Shown: positions 26,706 through 39,088 of the stretch, piece by piece | Layout: each line of letters begins with the position of its first letter | Numbering within the stretch: position 1 is the first letter of the stretch | Assembly (NCBI GenBank): GCA_051294375.1 | Contig: CM119263.1 | Coordinates: 8,381,992-8,445,991, forward strand | Direction: 5' to 3' | DNA from: Paraspadella gotoi | Taxonomy: Eukaryota > Animalia > Chaetognatha | Length of the DNA: 64,000 nucleotides | Notes under the pieces: model-generated | Seen by the model: the letters and a program-made list of their open reading frames with translations, nothing else | What the model was told of the DNA's origin: nothing | The model's database searches: none | Program-made: the position numbers and the translations under genes

Positions 26706-29700
26706 ATGAGTTCGATCGGGCGCCCGATCCGCGGCGGGCAAGGAAACGATAACGCCGGACCGGCCTTTCCCGGCGACGACCGCCTGACTCCTCCGGTAGA
26801 GCTATTCCACGCCCCGACTCTCTTTATGAGGGGCGCCCGCGACAGCCCCGACGGGTCGGCCCTTTTCATGCGCGGGACGCGAGACAGTCCCGACGTCGGC
26901 CCAGGGGTCGCCGACGGGGTCACGGACCTTCTCGGCGGCGGTCCGCTTGGGGCGGCGTTCAAGTCTTCGCCGGCGTCTTCGTCGACGGCGGCGCCGGGAT
27001 TTCGGCCGGCGTTGGGCGGCGGACTTCACAGAGACGCCGGGCCTTCCTTCAGCCAGTTCAACAACTCCGACTTTCCGTCCCTCCTGCCCTCGAACGACGC
27101 CTTCAGATCCTTCAACAGCAGCGCCGACGACCCGTTCCGGTCGCCGGTACGGACGGAGACGACGCCCCCTCGCCCGGGAATCGGTCGGGGATGGAACGCC
27201 GGCGCCTCCTCCGCCTTCGCCTCGGATCTCGGACTCTCCGGGCTCGGAGGAGGCAGCGTTAGTGGCGTCGGTGGCGGCGCCGCCCGAACTTCCATCTGGA
27301 AGGACAACTTCGCGGCGATCCCGTCGCCCACCTCCTCCTCCGACTTTCCGCCCATGATGCCGAGCATGAGTCTCGGTTCTCCGCGAAAACTCAACTCGGC
27401 CCCCGTCGCCACGCCCTCCTCCAACGGCGCCGTCCGCGCCCTCAATCTCGACTCTCCGCTCGGCAAAGCGGCGCTGGGAAAATCGACGCCGGATCCGAGC
27501 GCCTCCGAGTTTGTTCCCAGGCAACGCGTCATCAACAGCGCCGGAATGGAATCGCCCGTCATGGCGTCGGCGACGATGCGGATGAAGAACGCTCAAATGC
27601 ACGAGATGAATCAGCTTCATCCTCATCCTCCCAATCTTCACCAACAACAACATCATCATCATCATCATCCGCCTCAGTTCGGTTTCGGCGGAGGACCGGA
27701 AATCGGCAAGGTAAGTCGGTGGGCAGCCTCGGCAGCGGGTGAGCCTCAAGACTGTGGTGGAAAAGACGCAGCGCTCATTGGTGTGGTAGACTACTAAAAC
27801 TTAGCCAAAAGGTTAAAAAAAAAGTAACAACTGAAAAACTAGTTTTGGTTTAACTTCTTGAAAACTGGATTCTTTCTTAAAAGTCTTAAAACCATTATGC
27901 GCTAAACTTGCGCGACGAGATTTCCCTCTTCCAAGAAGGAAAAAATCACTTCGCTGTACCTCTTGATTTTAATCGATATTTACTGTACCGCTTTTTCGAA
28001 GACTGACAGTCAGAGCGAATCCCAATTCGAGATGAAGGAGAACGGAACCGGAGTGGAAAAGTCGAACGGGAACAACAGGTGAGAATAATTAGAACAAAAA
28101 AGTTCAAGAATCCAAAAATGAAAATAAACAAGTTTGAGCGAACAATGCCGGATCTGCCCAAGATAATTAGCGGTAAGCAGCTGATCATATAATTAATTAA
28201 TAAATTAAATAATTAATTTTTTTTTATTCGCGTCAAAATCGTTTTCCACTTTGTCTCGCCTCTCAATCACAAAACAACAATCTCGATCACAAAATAAATT
28301 AATCAAGTAATCAATTACAAAATAATTAATAATTAATTAATTAACAATTTTTTAATAATTAATTTATTCAGTTTGAATTTACATTTAATATAAAGAGAAA
28401 AAACATAATAAAATAGTGAAATAGATTTTTTGTTTTTTCCATTTAAACTGATTTCCACTTGGACGATTCCATCTAAACTTGATTTCCTGCTCAATCACAC
28501 ACTTTCCTACCCACATACAAAATCTGAGGTCAATCGCCCCATTTAATCATGAGTAATTGGCGTTCAAATAATAAAATTAGTTGTTTTTTTCCCTTTGGAC
28601 GATTCCATCTAAACTTGATTTCCTGCTCAATCACACACCATCCCACCCACATACAAAATTTGAAGTCAATCGCCCCATTCACTCATGAATAATTGATGTT
28701 CAAATAGTGAAATAGAATTTTTTTCATTTTAACTCATTTCCACTTGGACGATTCCATCGAAACTTAATTTCCAGCTTAATCACACACCATCCCACCCACA
28801 TACAAAATTTGAAGTCCCTTCCATTCATGAGTCATTGGCGTTCAAAGCTATGGGATGACGGACAGACGGACGACCTTTTTTTTTTTTTTTTTGCATAATT
28901 TTCTATAATTCGATGATTTGAGATGATATAAGTGACTTACCGACAAGATAATGGGTGGCGACCGACAGACCGACAAAGTGAATTATAGAGGCGAGATCTG
29001 GCTAAAAAAAACCTTTGGAATTAGAAAACAAGAACGGAAATTTAAATGTGTATTGCGCCGCAGTGACTTTTTAGCACATCTTTTACGTATTCTTTATAGT
29101 TTTATAATTTCCTGAAGGCAGCGCTAGCAGTCACTTAGATTTGAGTACTCGCGGTGCAACTAAAAAAAATTATCAAATAAAATGACGACAACAACGACAA
29201 GAGCGCATTATTAGAATATCCTGAATGACAGAAACGAGAGGGAAAAGAGAGTGAAATGTTTTGGGGCTTTTGAATTTGAAAACCTTTTCCAACAAAAACA
29301 ATAAAACTTTCCCCTGCAAATCGTTATTTTTAAACGTATCTTGATGCACTGTTATGCGATGTCGAAAATTAAAATTAAATATTCCTCCAAACAAATTAAA
29401 ACTTAAAATAAACCACGAGCGCACGAGATAATGTTTAGTTGATAATGTTGGAAGAATGCATCATTTTACTTTGTTGTTGCGCACAAATCAAAGAATTTTT
29501 ACCTAAAAGTGTCATCTGGTCCTAATATCCGATTTCTGCCTCTCTTCGACTCCACTTTTCTCCCGTCAATTCCCTCTGTCCACAACCCGTCCACTCCTCG
29601 CCAATAAAGAATGATGATCGAGTCGGTGGGCGGCACGACGTACTTTTACAACCCGGAGCATCCTCCGCCGAATCCGGGCGCCCCTCAATTCTCCCTTTCG

Positions 29701-32700
29701 GCGGCGACGACCTCCTCAACGACGAACGCGTCGACGGGCTTCTCTAAGCCGACGTCCAATCACCCGCAGCACGGCGCGGCTCCCGGCTCGGCCCTCTTCC
29801 CGCCCTACACCCTCTACCCGGGCCCACTGCCCCACCTTCAAAACATGAAGCCGAAATCCAGCGCGCCGGGATTTTTCATGTCGGAGGAGATCAAGGCCGA
29901 GCTGCTGCATCGTCAGGCTTTGACTCTAGTGCAATTGGACCCGTCCCTCAATCCCGGTAAACTGGGGGGGCAATTCGCTGTCGATCATTTAACAAGGGAC
30001 ATTCGATCAATGGTTCTCAATCATTAACATTAACAATTAACAATCAAACTAATGAAAAGTTTGAAAATTTAATTCAACAAAGATTTTATTTTTCAGAAGA
30101 AAAACGTACGTGTTTCGGCTAGCGCTTTTTTGTTGAATTTAATTTTTTAACTTTCATTAGTCCTACTACACAACCAAAATTAAGTTTTATATTACATAAT
30201 GTCTACGATCATACTAAACCGAAGACAATCGACCGTCTGTAGTTCATATTACATTCTTGGTTCATGATTTCATCCAAGTTCCTACCTTTTTCCCGCCTCT
30301 CCCGGCCGCTGCAGAAATTCCGGCTCAGGTGGACACATACCACAACTTATTTCCGCTGGAACCACTGTCGGTTCCAGCGATCCCTCAGAAGCACTCCGCC
30401 TTTCCCTTCCGAACGACCTGCTTCAGGGCGACTTCGGTCAAGGACGGACTCGCCTACTGCCTTCGCCGGATTCACGGTCAGAATATAAGAAAACTCTAAT
30501 GTACTTGTGTACTACTAATGTACTACTACTCTAATATACTTTTGATTGTTTCTTTTTATGTTTTTTTTATTTTGTCTCTTTTTTTTAACGTTTTTTCGCA
30601 GTTTTTCGTAGTTTTAATTGTTTCAGTTAGCATGTTTTTTTTGTTTTTTTGGCCTACCCACAGTTCTTTTGAACCACCTTCTAAGCTGTTCTTATATTAT
30701 TAGTTTTTTGTTTGTAAGTTTTTCTTTTTTTCTCTCTGTCTCTTTCCATTTCTATCCTGGTATCTTTAACCATTTTTTAATTGTGGTTTCGTCACTTTTA
30801 CTTTTCTCTATCCCCGACCAAAAAAAATTTCTCCTATTTCGATCCAACACTCCACCCTCCAGACTTTCGTCTGACCAACACCAAGCCCATGGCCATCATC
30901 GACATGTGGAAGAAGCTGCAGCACTCCAACCTGGTGTCGCTCCGCAACGTCTTCACGGCCAAGTCGGGCTTCAAATCCGGCGAGAACTCCCTGGTCTACG
31001 TCTACGACTTTTATCCTGGCGCCGAGACGCTGTTGTCCCGGCATTTTTCCGCGGGCGCCGTCGCCAACCCTCTGCTGCAGGTGCCGGGATTCGCCGGCGG
31101 AGTAGGAACCGGAAAGATGTTGACCGGCGGCGGCGGAAGCGGCGGGGAAGTCGGCGATGGTGACGGTCATTCGGGAAACAACGGTGAACCTCGTCAACAC
31201 GCGGGCCTTTTACCCGAGTCACTGATTTGGACTTACGTGGTACAACTCTCGTCGGCGATCAGGACTGTCCACGCGGCCGGGCTGGCCTGTCGGGTCTTGG
31301 GGGATCCGTCGAAGATAATCGTCACGGGTGGGTAAAGGGATAAATATCTGCTGCTACATTTTTATATTTACCTCTAGACTGAATTATAGACTAGCAATCA
31401 AACAAGCAAGTCACATTATTCATGCGACAAAAATATCTCCCCCTATCACACTTTCCCCCTTACTCTTCACCTCGCAGGCAAATCTCGGCTCCGCATCAAC
31501 GGCTGCGGCGTCCTCGACGTTCTCCTCTTCGATCAGCAGCCTGGACTTGGAAACGGGGGCGTGGTCACTCCTCAGGTGCGGAACACTGATTTGTGATTTG
31601 CGAAGTAAAGGAGATATAAAAATTATTCATAAAGGTCATTATGACAATAGTTAGGAATGTTAAAAATTATAAATAGCAATTAAATTATGTCGCGTCACCT
31701 TCGCAATGATTTATGTCACTAGGCGGTAGCCTTTCAGCAGCAGGAAGATCTGGTCGCCATGGGCCGCCTGGTCCTGGCACTCGCCTGTAACTCGCTGCTG
31801 GCCATTCAGGCTCGAGATCACGTCGCACCAGCTATGGAGGTCGTCGCCAGGAACTACTCTACAGGTCAGCGATTGATTCAGACTTTTGCCAGAGCAGAGA
31901 ATATTCTAGTATTTTACAATTCCAATTTTGACTTGTCTCTTCATCCCCATTAAATAAATTACCTGTCCGGAAAATTTCTTTCAGATCTGAAGAACCTCCT
32001 CCTTTATCTCCTCGGCAACACGACTCGGCTGCGCAACGTCAACGACGTGATGCCAATGATCGGCGCTCGATTTTATACCCAATTGGACGCCGCCCAACTC
32101 AGGAGCGACGTCATAGAGGGCGAGCTTATGAAAGAGGTAACCTTTGATTGGTTTAATTGTATTCATTATTTGTCTTATTAGTTATTTCTTTTATTTTATC
32201 GGTGAACTTGTTAATTTTTTTACATTTTATTGTCAGGTTGAGAACGGGCGACTTTTCAGACTATTAGGAAAATTGAATGTGGTTCTGGAGAGAGCGGAGT
32301 TTCATCTCGACCCGAACTGGAGCGAAATGGGCGATAGATACATTCTTAAGCTTTTCCGCGACTACGTTTTTCATCAGGTTTTGATGATTAATTGTAATAA
32401 TTGTATTTAATACATCACCAACTGTAAAGCAAGATTTATTAATTGAAAAAAATATTGTCAGTTATCGAGTAGAACCGTGAATTAATATTTTTTAAATGTA
32501 TTATTTGTAGAAGAAAACCATGACGGTTAACCTTTTTGACCCCCTGACCCCCAGGTGAGCGACGACCGCGGGACACCGTGGCTCGATTTCGCTCACGTCG
32601 TCTCCAGCCTCAACAAATTTGACGCGGGAATCCCCGAGAAAATCTGCCTCATGTCGAGAGACGAGCAGAACGTCATCATCGTCACCTACACGGGTAAACA

Positions 32701-33092
32701 TTTTGTCTTTATTTAATCGTTAATAGTTTATCTAACATATAAAGTTTTAAAAGTATACTCTTAAAATTTTGTAACTGATTGGTTGAATCTCTATTCTTAT
32801 CAGATTGGTTGATAATGAAAACCACGATGTCTGATTTCTCTATTTGTGCGATTAGTAGGTTAAAATTTGTATTTTAAAATTCATAACGATTTATTCAGAT
32901 CTAAAAAGATCCTTTGACACTGCTTTTGGAGAACTTCTTCAATCGAGCCTGGCTCTTCCTCATTCCGTCTCGGCCGGTTCTCATCACGCAGCCAATCACG
33001 CTGGTCAGCATCTCGCCAATCATTTAGCCAATCCGCGCCAAAATAATTTCGTTAGCCGACCCGCCGGATCATTAGGTACGTCAATCGCTTAA
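26706..33092 (+). CDS. PAN3: PAN2-PAN3 deadenylase subunit PAN3 (pseudokinase), 11 exons, ~973 aa
   Basis: Phase-consistent exons 26706-27710, 28002-28078, 29610-29956, 30315-30476, 30863-31327, 31478-31575, 31723-31864, 31985-32136, 32237-32377, 32555-32693, 32899-33092. Motifs: PAM2 ([11 protein letters not shown]), [84 protein letters not shown]. Confidence 0.96.
28440..29168 (+). mobile_element. HINE-like elements with three ~135-150 bp tandem units in PAN3 intron 2
   Basis: Unit TTGGACGATTCCATC.AAACTT.ATTTCC at ~28459, 28595, 28744; then GACAGACCGACAAAGTGA.TTATAGAG and a second copy related to 15492-15771. Confidence 0.6.
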
Positions 33093-33195
33093 AGATTAAG
33101 TCCGCCGAAGAGGTCGATGTGACATCGGGGGCGGCTTTTTAAAATTTCAAATCGCAATCCTGTACATAAGTATTTTTTTTCTCAAAACCGTTAAG

Positions 33196-33500
33196 GATCG
33201 GCGGCGACGATAACGCCGACGATGACGTCGCCCGCAGTTTCGACTCCGACAATGACGTCTACGATGACGGCCGAATCCGAGCTCGAAGGGGACGGACGGG
33301 GAAGAGGAGCGCGGGTGATGGAGGAAGGGAGCGTGGAAGTAGGTGGCGAGGCCGAAGAGGGATTGGCTGATGAAAGCGAAAGGGTCGAGGTTGCGGAGGA
33401 ACCAACGGCGGAGGCGGCGGACACGACGTCGGAATCCCGCCAAATTGAGAAAAACGATTCGGAAGTCGTGGAATCCGAAGCGTTTGCGGATTCGCGATGA
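33196..33500 (+). CDS. PAN3: Probable additional/alternative terminal exon of PAN3 (Thr-rich then acidic tail)
   Basis: Donor AG|GTACGT at 33075/33076 and acceptor TTAAG at 33191-33195 join in frame to the GC-rich ORF ending TGA at 33500. Confidence 0.55.
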
Positions 33501-34589
33501 AAACCAAAAACCTCGTGAGAGAGAAAACGACGGGAAATAGAATCTAATGGCATCGCAAAGTTAAAAAATTTAAAAAAAAAAAAAAACCCGAGAGGTAAAA
33601 TCTGCAAAGTCCTTATTTCCGATTTTCTTTGGGAAAAATAATTCGAGACTCAAATCTTGACAAAAAAAAAACGAAGGAAGTTTGGGAGCAACTCCAATGA
33701 AATTAAACTCTCGTGTTTAAACAAATCACCCATAAATTTGAAAAGACGATCCCTTGAAAATTAAATTGTTTTCGGGGAAAGCGGGATTTTGTTTTAGGTT
33801 CACAATCACCTTGGTGACTGCATTTCGTTTTGACGTAGCACTACTCAAACCGGGAAACAAATATTTCCGACTTCGTTTTTAGCTGGACAAACTTACCCTC
33901 AGTGACAAAAAAAACCCTGAAATTTAACCATGAAAAATTGGTATAATAATTATACACATATTTTGGTTAATTTTCGATAGAGTAAAAAATTTATAATTTT
34001 ATTTTGTCTAGAGGAGTTAAAAATATTCGTAGACATACGCATTTTTAAAATCAATTTTGCGTCACGACTTTTTTTAAACGGTTCCGGTTCTCTATTTATA
34101 TTTGGTACTCAATTCTTTGCATTGATTTTACGTTTTTGTTTACATTGTCAAATTATTCCAGAGAACTACAATTTTTACAATGTTCACTGACGCGTTGCTC
34201 TGTTTCGATCCTATAGATCGTCAATTTAAAAAAAAAAATTACAGTTACTATCTTTTTCGTGTTCCAATTTTTCAACATTGTTATCTTGTTTGTTATATAC
34301 TGTTTAATTGACTGTTCTATTTGACTTTCATATCAACGAGTCGGAATAAAATGATTTAAAAAACATGCTTGGTTTTTTCGTTCAATGTTTTGGAACAGTT
34401 GTAGATACACAGGTAACATGCAATTCGCCAATATTGAACTATCGAGAATTAAACCCGCAAGTGTTTAAATACCAGATACAGAGCTGAAACAACACTTTTT
34501 ATATTGGAAAAAGAGTTGCTTCAGCTATAGACCATTGAAAGACTCAATAAATTCCGACACTTATTATTCATTTAATTTGAGAAACTTTT

Positions 34590-34805
34590 ATTTAATGTAA
34601 CGCTCCAAAAAAACAAAAACAAAAAAAACTGACCGGAAAAACCGGGTGGGGGAATGTACAATTTAACCCCCCCCCCAAAAAAAAAGATGGATTACTGTTG
34701 CAACACCAAGAAGTCTTTTTTGGCTAAATTGTACAATGTACATTCGCCAATTGGGATTTGCCGGTCGGTTATTTGTTTTTTGCTTTTTATGAGCGATATA
34801 TTAAA
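34590..34805. repeat. Imperfect inverted repeat (old MITE-like foldback)
   Basis: Arms TTTAATGTAACGCTC..GACCGG..GAATGTACAATTTAACC and GGCTAAATTGTACA..CCGGTC..GAGCGATATATTAAA. Confidence 0.55.
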
Positions 34806-35383
34806 ATCTTATTCTATAAAAAAGAAAAAATAACATTGGTAAAAGCAAAAAAAACTTTTAATTAAAAATTTTATTTTGAAAACTACCCCTAAACCGTTAA
34901 AAAAATAATCTAAATAATAATTAAGATAACCAATTAACAAAGAACGTACGAAATTTTATATTCTCGATTTTTATTAATAAAAAACATATAAATAAAAATA
35001 CTAATTTTAAATAAAACTCGAATTGACAGTGTCACTGACTGAAACCTGTCCTATCCCAAGTATTTGGCTAATAAACGCCTTAAACAAGAAGAAAAAGATA
35101 CATAAATTGAAACCCAAAACCTACACATAACATTCCACAATTAAGGAGAAGCGATAAAAAGATTCAGAAAGCTTGTCTTTTTCTTTTTTTGCTACATTCT
35201 ATTGCCGTTTGTAACTTTGTACAAATAATTATTGTTTTATAAATATGACAAATTTTATTTTCTTTATAAAATTCACTAACTTTCAAAGTGAATATTTTTA
35301 ATTCTTTAACACAATTACAAATTTATTGTATTGTAATATCATAAAAAACAGAAAATCATTAAAAATTTTTTTTAAAAAATCCC

Positions 35384-38300
35384 TTACAAATCGACACCGT
35401 GTTTCCTCAGCACCGAAAAAAGATCGACCTTCCTCTGTTCGTCCCCCGCATTCTCCATCAAATCGACGATGACTTTCAAAGATTTTCTGGCTGACGATTC
35501 GTTATTGTTTCCCGGGCCTGAGATCACGTTGTACGTCATCCTGTCAGTGCTCTAAAAAAGTGAACAAAATTATTAGGAAATTAGAATAAAATAGTAACTG
35601 AATCCGACTGTAGTTGGATAATTGGAAAATTCGAAGAAGTATCGACAGGCTCTCCGCCTTTCGATACCAAAGCAAACAAAGTCATGATTTAAAACTCAAG
35701 ACTCAAGTATGTATCAATTTATATCAAATCTAACATCAATTTTATGAAAAAACCTGTATCAACAACAGAAAGTGTTCCATGAACCCCGTGGTGTACACGG
35801 AACGGATCTTTCCCCACGGAAACTGCTTCCGCCCGGGAAAGACACCGACGTTGCTAGCAACACAGATGGGATGGGACGTATCAGCCGCCGCTGCCAGCGA
35901 AGCGGTAGGACCCAACTCCCAATCCTTCAAAGACTGAGCATACAAGTATATCATATGAAATATCTAATTGAATAAATGCTTCGATTTGATCACAAGTTTA
36001 CTTGAATGCGTAGCATGTGATGCTTTTCTTGAAAAGCGCGATCCATTTGGTTTTTTACGTCTCTAGCGTGATCCCAAAGATTTGTGGTGAGACTAACATC
36101 GGTTTTGATGAAAAACTGCATGGATTTTCATGGCATTAGGAATTACTGATTAGAATTGAAATGAAGCTTTTTATTGTGATATGCTACACAAACACAAACT
36201 ACACATTAAACTGACATATTTAGTTTTAATACTTATATAACTGACATAATACATAATATGTAGCTTACATATAGCTTACAAACCTTATTTATTAAATGAA
36301 TGGATAATTTTTATATTGGTTGTACCAATTTCTTTAAATTCTGATCCTTGTATTTTGATGCTAGAGCGGAGTACAATAAGTATTCCTCGATATAATAAGG
36401 GAGTGGTCTTTTCATACAATTGAAACATTCTTTGAAATATTATTCCACTTCATTGATAGGGATGCCAGGTACTCTGGGAGTGAATAAACGAGACTGAGAG
36501 AGTCTTGATTGAAAGCTTGCAAGGATCTACTATGTTATTATCTTGTAAGAGTGATTGAGGCTTTAAACCACCAAAGTCAGGGGCAAGATAGAATATTTAT
36601 TAAATGAATGGATAATTTTAATATTTATTGTCCCAAGTTGTTGCACTTTTAATGTACTTACGTCGATCGCGTAAAATCCGCAGAGCGACCCAAGTGGCGG
36701 ATCTAGACGAGGACGCATATCCACAGGAATTCCTTTCAGTTTCAGAAAGATTAAATATCAAAGATTTCGAAAATCTTTTGAAAAAATACATGGCCCATGT
36801 CACGGGTGTACCTGTGTAGTGATTTTTAATCCCCTCAAATTCTTTTCCGTCTTGAAGCGCGCGCAGTAAACAAACAGAAAAATTTTGTGCCGCAACGATG
36901 AGACTTCCGATCGTGACCTTTTATCAGTAATATTATTGTTATCATCTTTTAATTGTACCGATTATCCGAAACAAATTCTTGAAACGTGTAGGATTTATTT
37001 CTACTAAGATTAGTTTTTTTATGATAAGACTAAGGAAGTTACAAAATAAAATTTTAAATTCTCCCGAGATTAAGAAAAACCCTAAATGAAACCTTTGTGG
37101 CGGTATATTCACACCGCCTTCCGTCCACCATCCTCCGGCCAAATCCATTGGCTCAGAGGGGGAACACAGCGAGACCATTCTAGGGTAAACGCGCCAGTGA
37201 CTGGAGGCGTCACTGAGGGTAGGAAGCCCCCAAAGCCAACAGTGAGATGTCCCATCCCAATGGGCATCACAGGCAACCCGGCTGTTGCCATACCTTCTCT
37301 TTTCTGCATCGCCGTCTCATTTCCTCGAGTTTTGTGGCGTCTCCTTCGTGAAACAACATTTTGGCCACCGGCAATTTCAAAGAATTGTTGGCGGCGGCCT
37401 CGGTTATATCATAGGGAACCAAGTCATTGGGTGCCTTTGATCTTTCGACGTTGAATCGCCTCATTTCGTCAAGAATCGATTCTTCTCCGGAGAGAAACGA
37501 TAGCTCGTCCATCGATCCTCTGTAACGGTTGTAAAACTGACGATAGTTTACAATTACCGACTAATCTTAATCCTCAATTCTGAAACCTTAAGGGTAAGGG
37601 ATTAGGTTTCGACTCATCGCCTTTTTCAAAAGCTGCGTAGAATTCCAAAACGTCTGACATGGCGTGCATCCCTGAAAAATTCGCATTTTTCACTGATTTT
37701 TTTAAAAAATTGAAATCTCAGACAAAAATTTGCTAATCACCGGATCTACTGTCCATAGCCGAGTGGTGAAAAGTATGCATAACAACGTAACCCCTTTTTA
37801 GTTTTATTAGCGTACATCTAATAAAATAAATTAAATGGAAGTTAAATGTATTTAAAATATAGAAGAATGAATTGAAAATACTAAATCATTGTTAATACAA
37901 ATTACATATTAAATATGTAAATATTTAATAATATATAATTTAGTGTAACCTATAAAGCGGCTTGAGGGAGTCATAGTTCCACGGCCTGTTCGCGGCTTCT
38001 TCAACTAAATCCCATACGTCGGCCACTCTATCCGGATGATCACAACTAGACCCATTCTCTCCCTCAGGGCCACAACCATCCAGGCGACCAGGATTCACGA
38101 AGGAGAAGACGCCCTCGAAATCCTCAGCCGGTCTCCACATCATTGGCGACGAGCGGAGGTCCGCTCGGCAGCGAAGATGAGGCTGTTTGTAGATCGTCGC
38201 TCTGTCTCAAAAATTAAGAGAGCATTGAGCATCAATTGCTTTATACTATGAACTATGAAGTATAGTAAACCTATTTACAGAACTTAGAAAAGAAAAAAAA

Positions 38301-39088
38301 GAAAAAAAGAAGGAAGGAAAAGAAAAAAAAAGAAATGAAGAAAATTAGAGCTCATGATTAAAAATAAGCGCTAAATCTCATCTAGTCAGTAGTTTAACAA
38401 ATTTAGACCCCTCGCTCAGACTAGAGGAGTGGCACAATGATTGTGATTTAAAAAAAAAATTAAAATAAAAGTTTCAGTAAAACTCCAATGCCAGGTTGCA
38501 AGTCCTGGAGGCAGAAGTTTGAGCACTGGAGCAATTTTCAAGGCAGAAAGTCGGTAATCGAAAACTAAAATTATGGAGAGCGGAGGGGGGCGTCCAGGGG
38601 GCCAGTGAAGGGGCCCGCCATTTCTCTCGCCGCCCCTGATTGAATGTGAAGAGGCGATATTTTCAAATCGCTTCGCCTTAATGGCATCGGTAACATCGGC
38701 ACAGGCACTGGTGAAGGCTTAATTAAAGCGTCAATAAAGACTCAATATCGATCATATGTACTCCAAGAAACAAAAAATGATTTTAGAGGCATTTGACGAA
38801 ATAAACTTCTAACCTGACAGCCTTTTCGAACACGTCGACATTAAATTCAAACCCGGGATTCGTATCCAACTCGTACACCGAATTGATGGTCATTCTTCCT
38901 GGTCCCATTGGAACTAGAAATTTCAATTAATACTATGTATAACTGTAAGGCATATATATTTGAATTTACGATTTTGACTTACCCTGCAAAGATGTGCTGG
39001 GAAGAAGGTACTTTTTTTCCCAATGACCTAAGGGACGGTTTAACCAGAGGTTTTTGTCCTCAGGCCCAAACGTTTCTCTATCATTCAT
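35384..39088 (-). CDS. Condensation-domain / CoA-dependent acyltransferase-like protein (alcohol acetyltransferase/PapA5-like), 11 exons, 494 aa
   Basis: Phase-consistent exons 39088-38983, 38913-38814, 38201-37950, 37817-37741, 37671-37587, 37519-37294, 36917-36812, 36732-36662, 36115-36002, 35933-35754, 35551-35384 (1485 nt). Motifs: NRPLGHWE, KQPHLR, KPLYRCTLIK...MHTFHHSAMDSRSG (HHxxxD), CRKEKVTIGSLIVAA, IPVDMRPRLDPPL, LWDHARDVK, SNVG. Confidence 0.85.
36290..36620 (-). mobile_element. Degenerate LINE-like fragment bounded by a ~22-bp direct repeat
   Basis: TATTAAATGAATGGATAATTTT at both ends; minus-strand peptide FYLAPDFGGL resembles the L1/Tx1 LxLPxxxGGL motif, with stops; related sequence near 6219-6262. 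Confidence 0.4.
37096..37291. mobile_element. Short interspersed element, copy 1 (196 bp), flanked by 5-bp direct repeat ACCTT
   Basis: Clearly homologous in inverted orientation to 55291-55544; ACCTT at 37091-37095 and 37292-37296. Confidence 0.85.

Noticed and set aside
26802-27749. 315-aa antisense ORF over PAN3 exon 1
   Set aside because: Expected shadow of a GC-rich coding exon.
28440-28850. Three spaced repeats resembling a CRISPR array
   Set aside because: Whole units are homologous (no unique spacers), eukaryotic intron, no cas genes.
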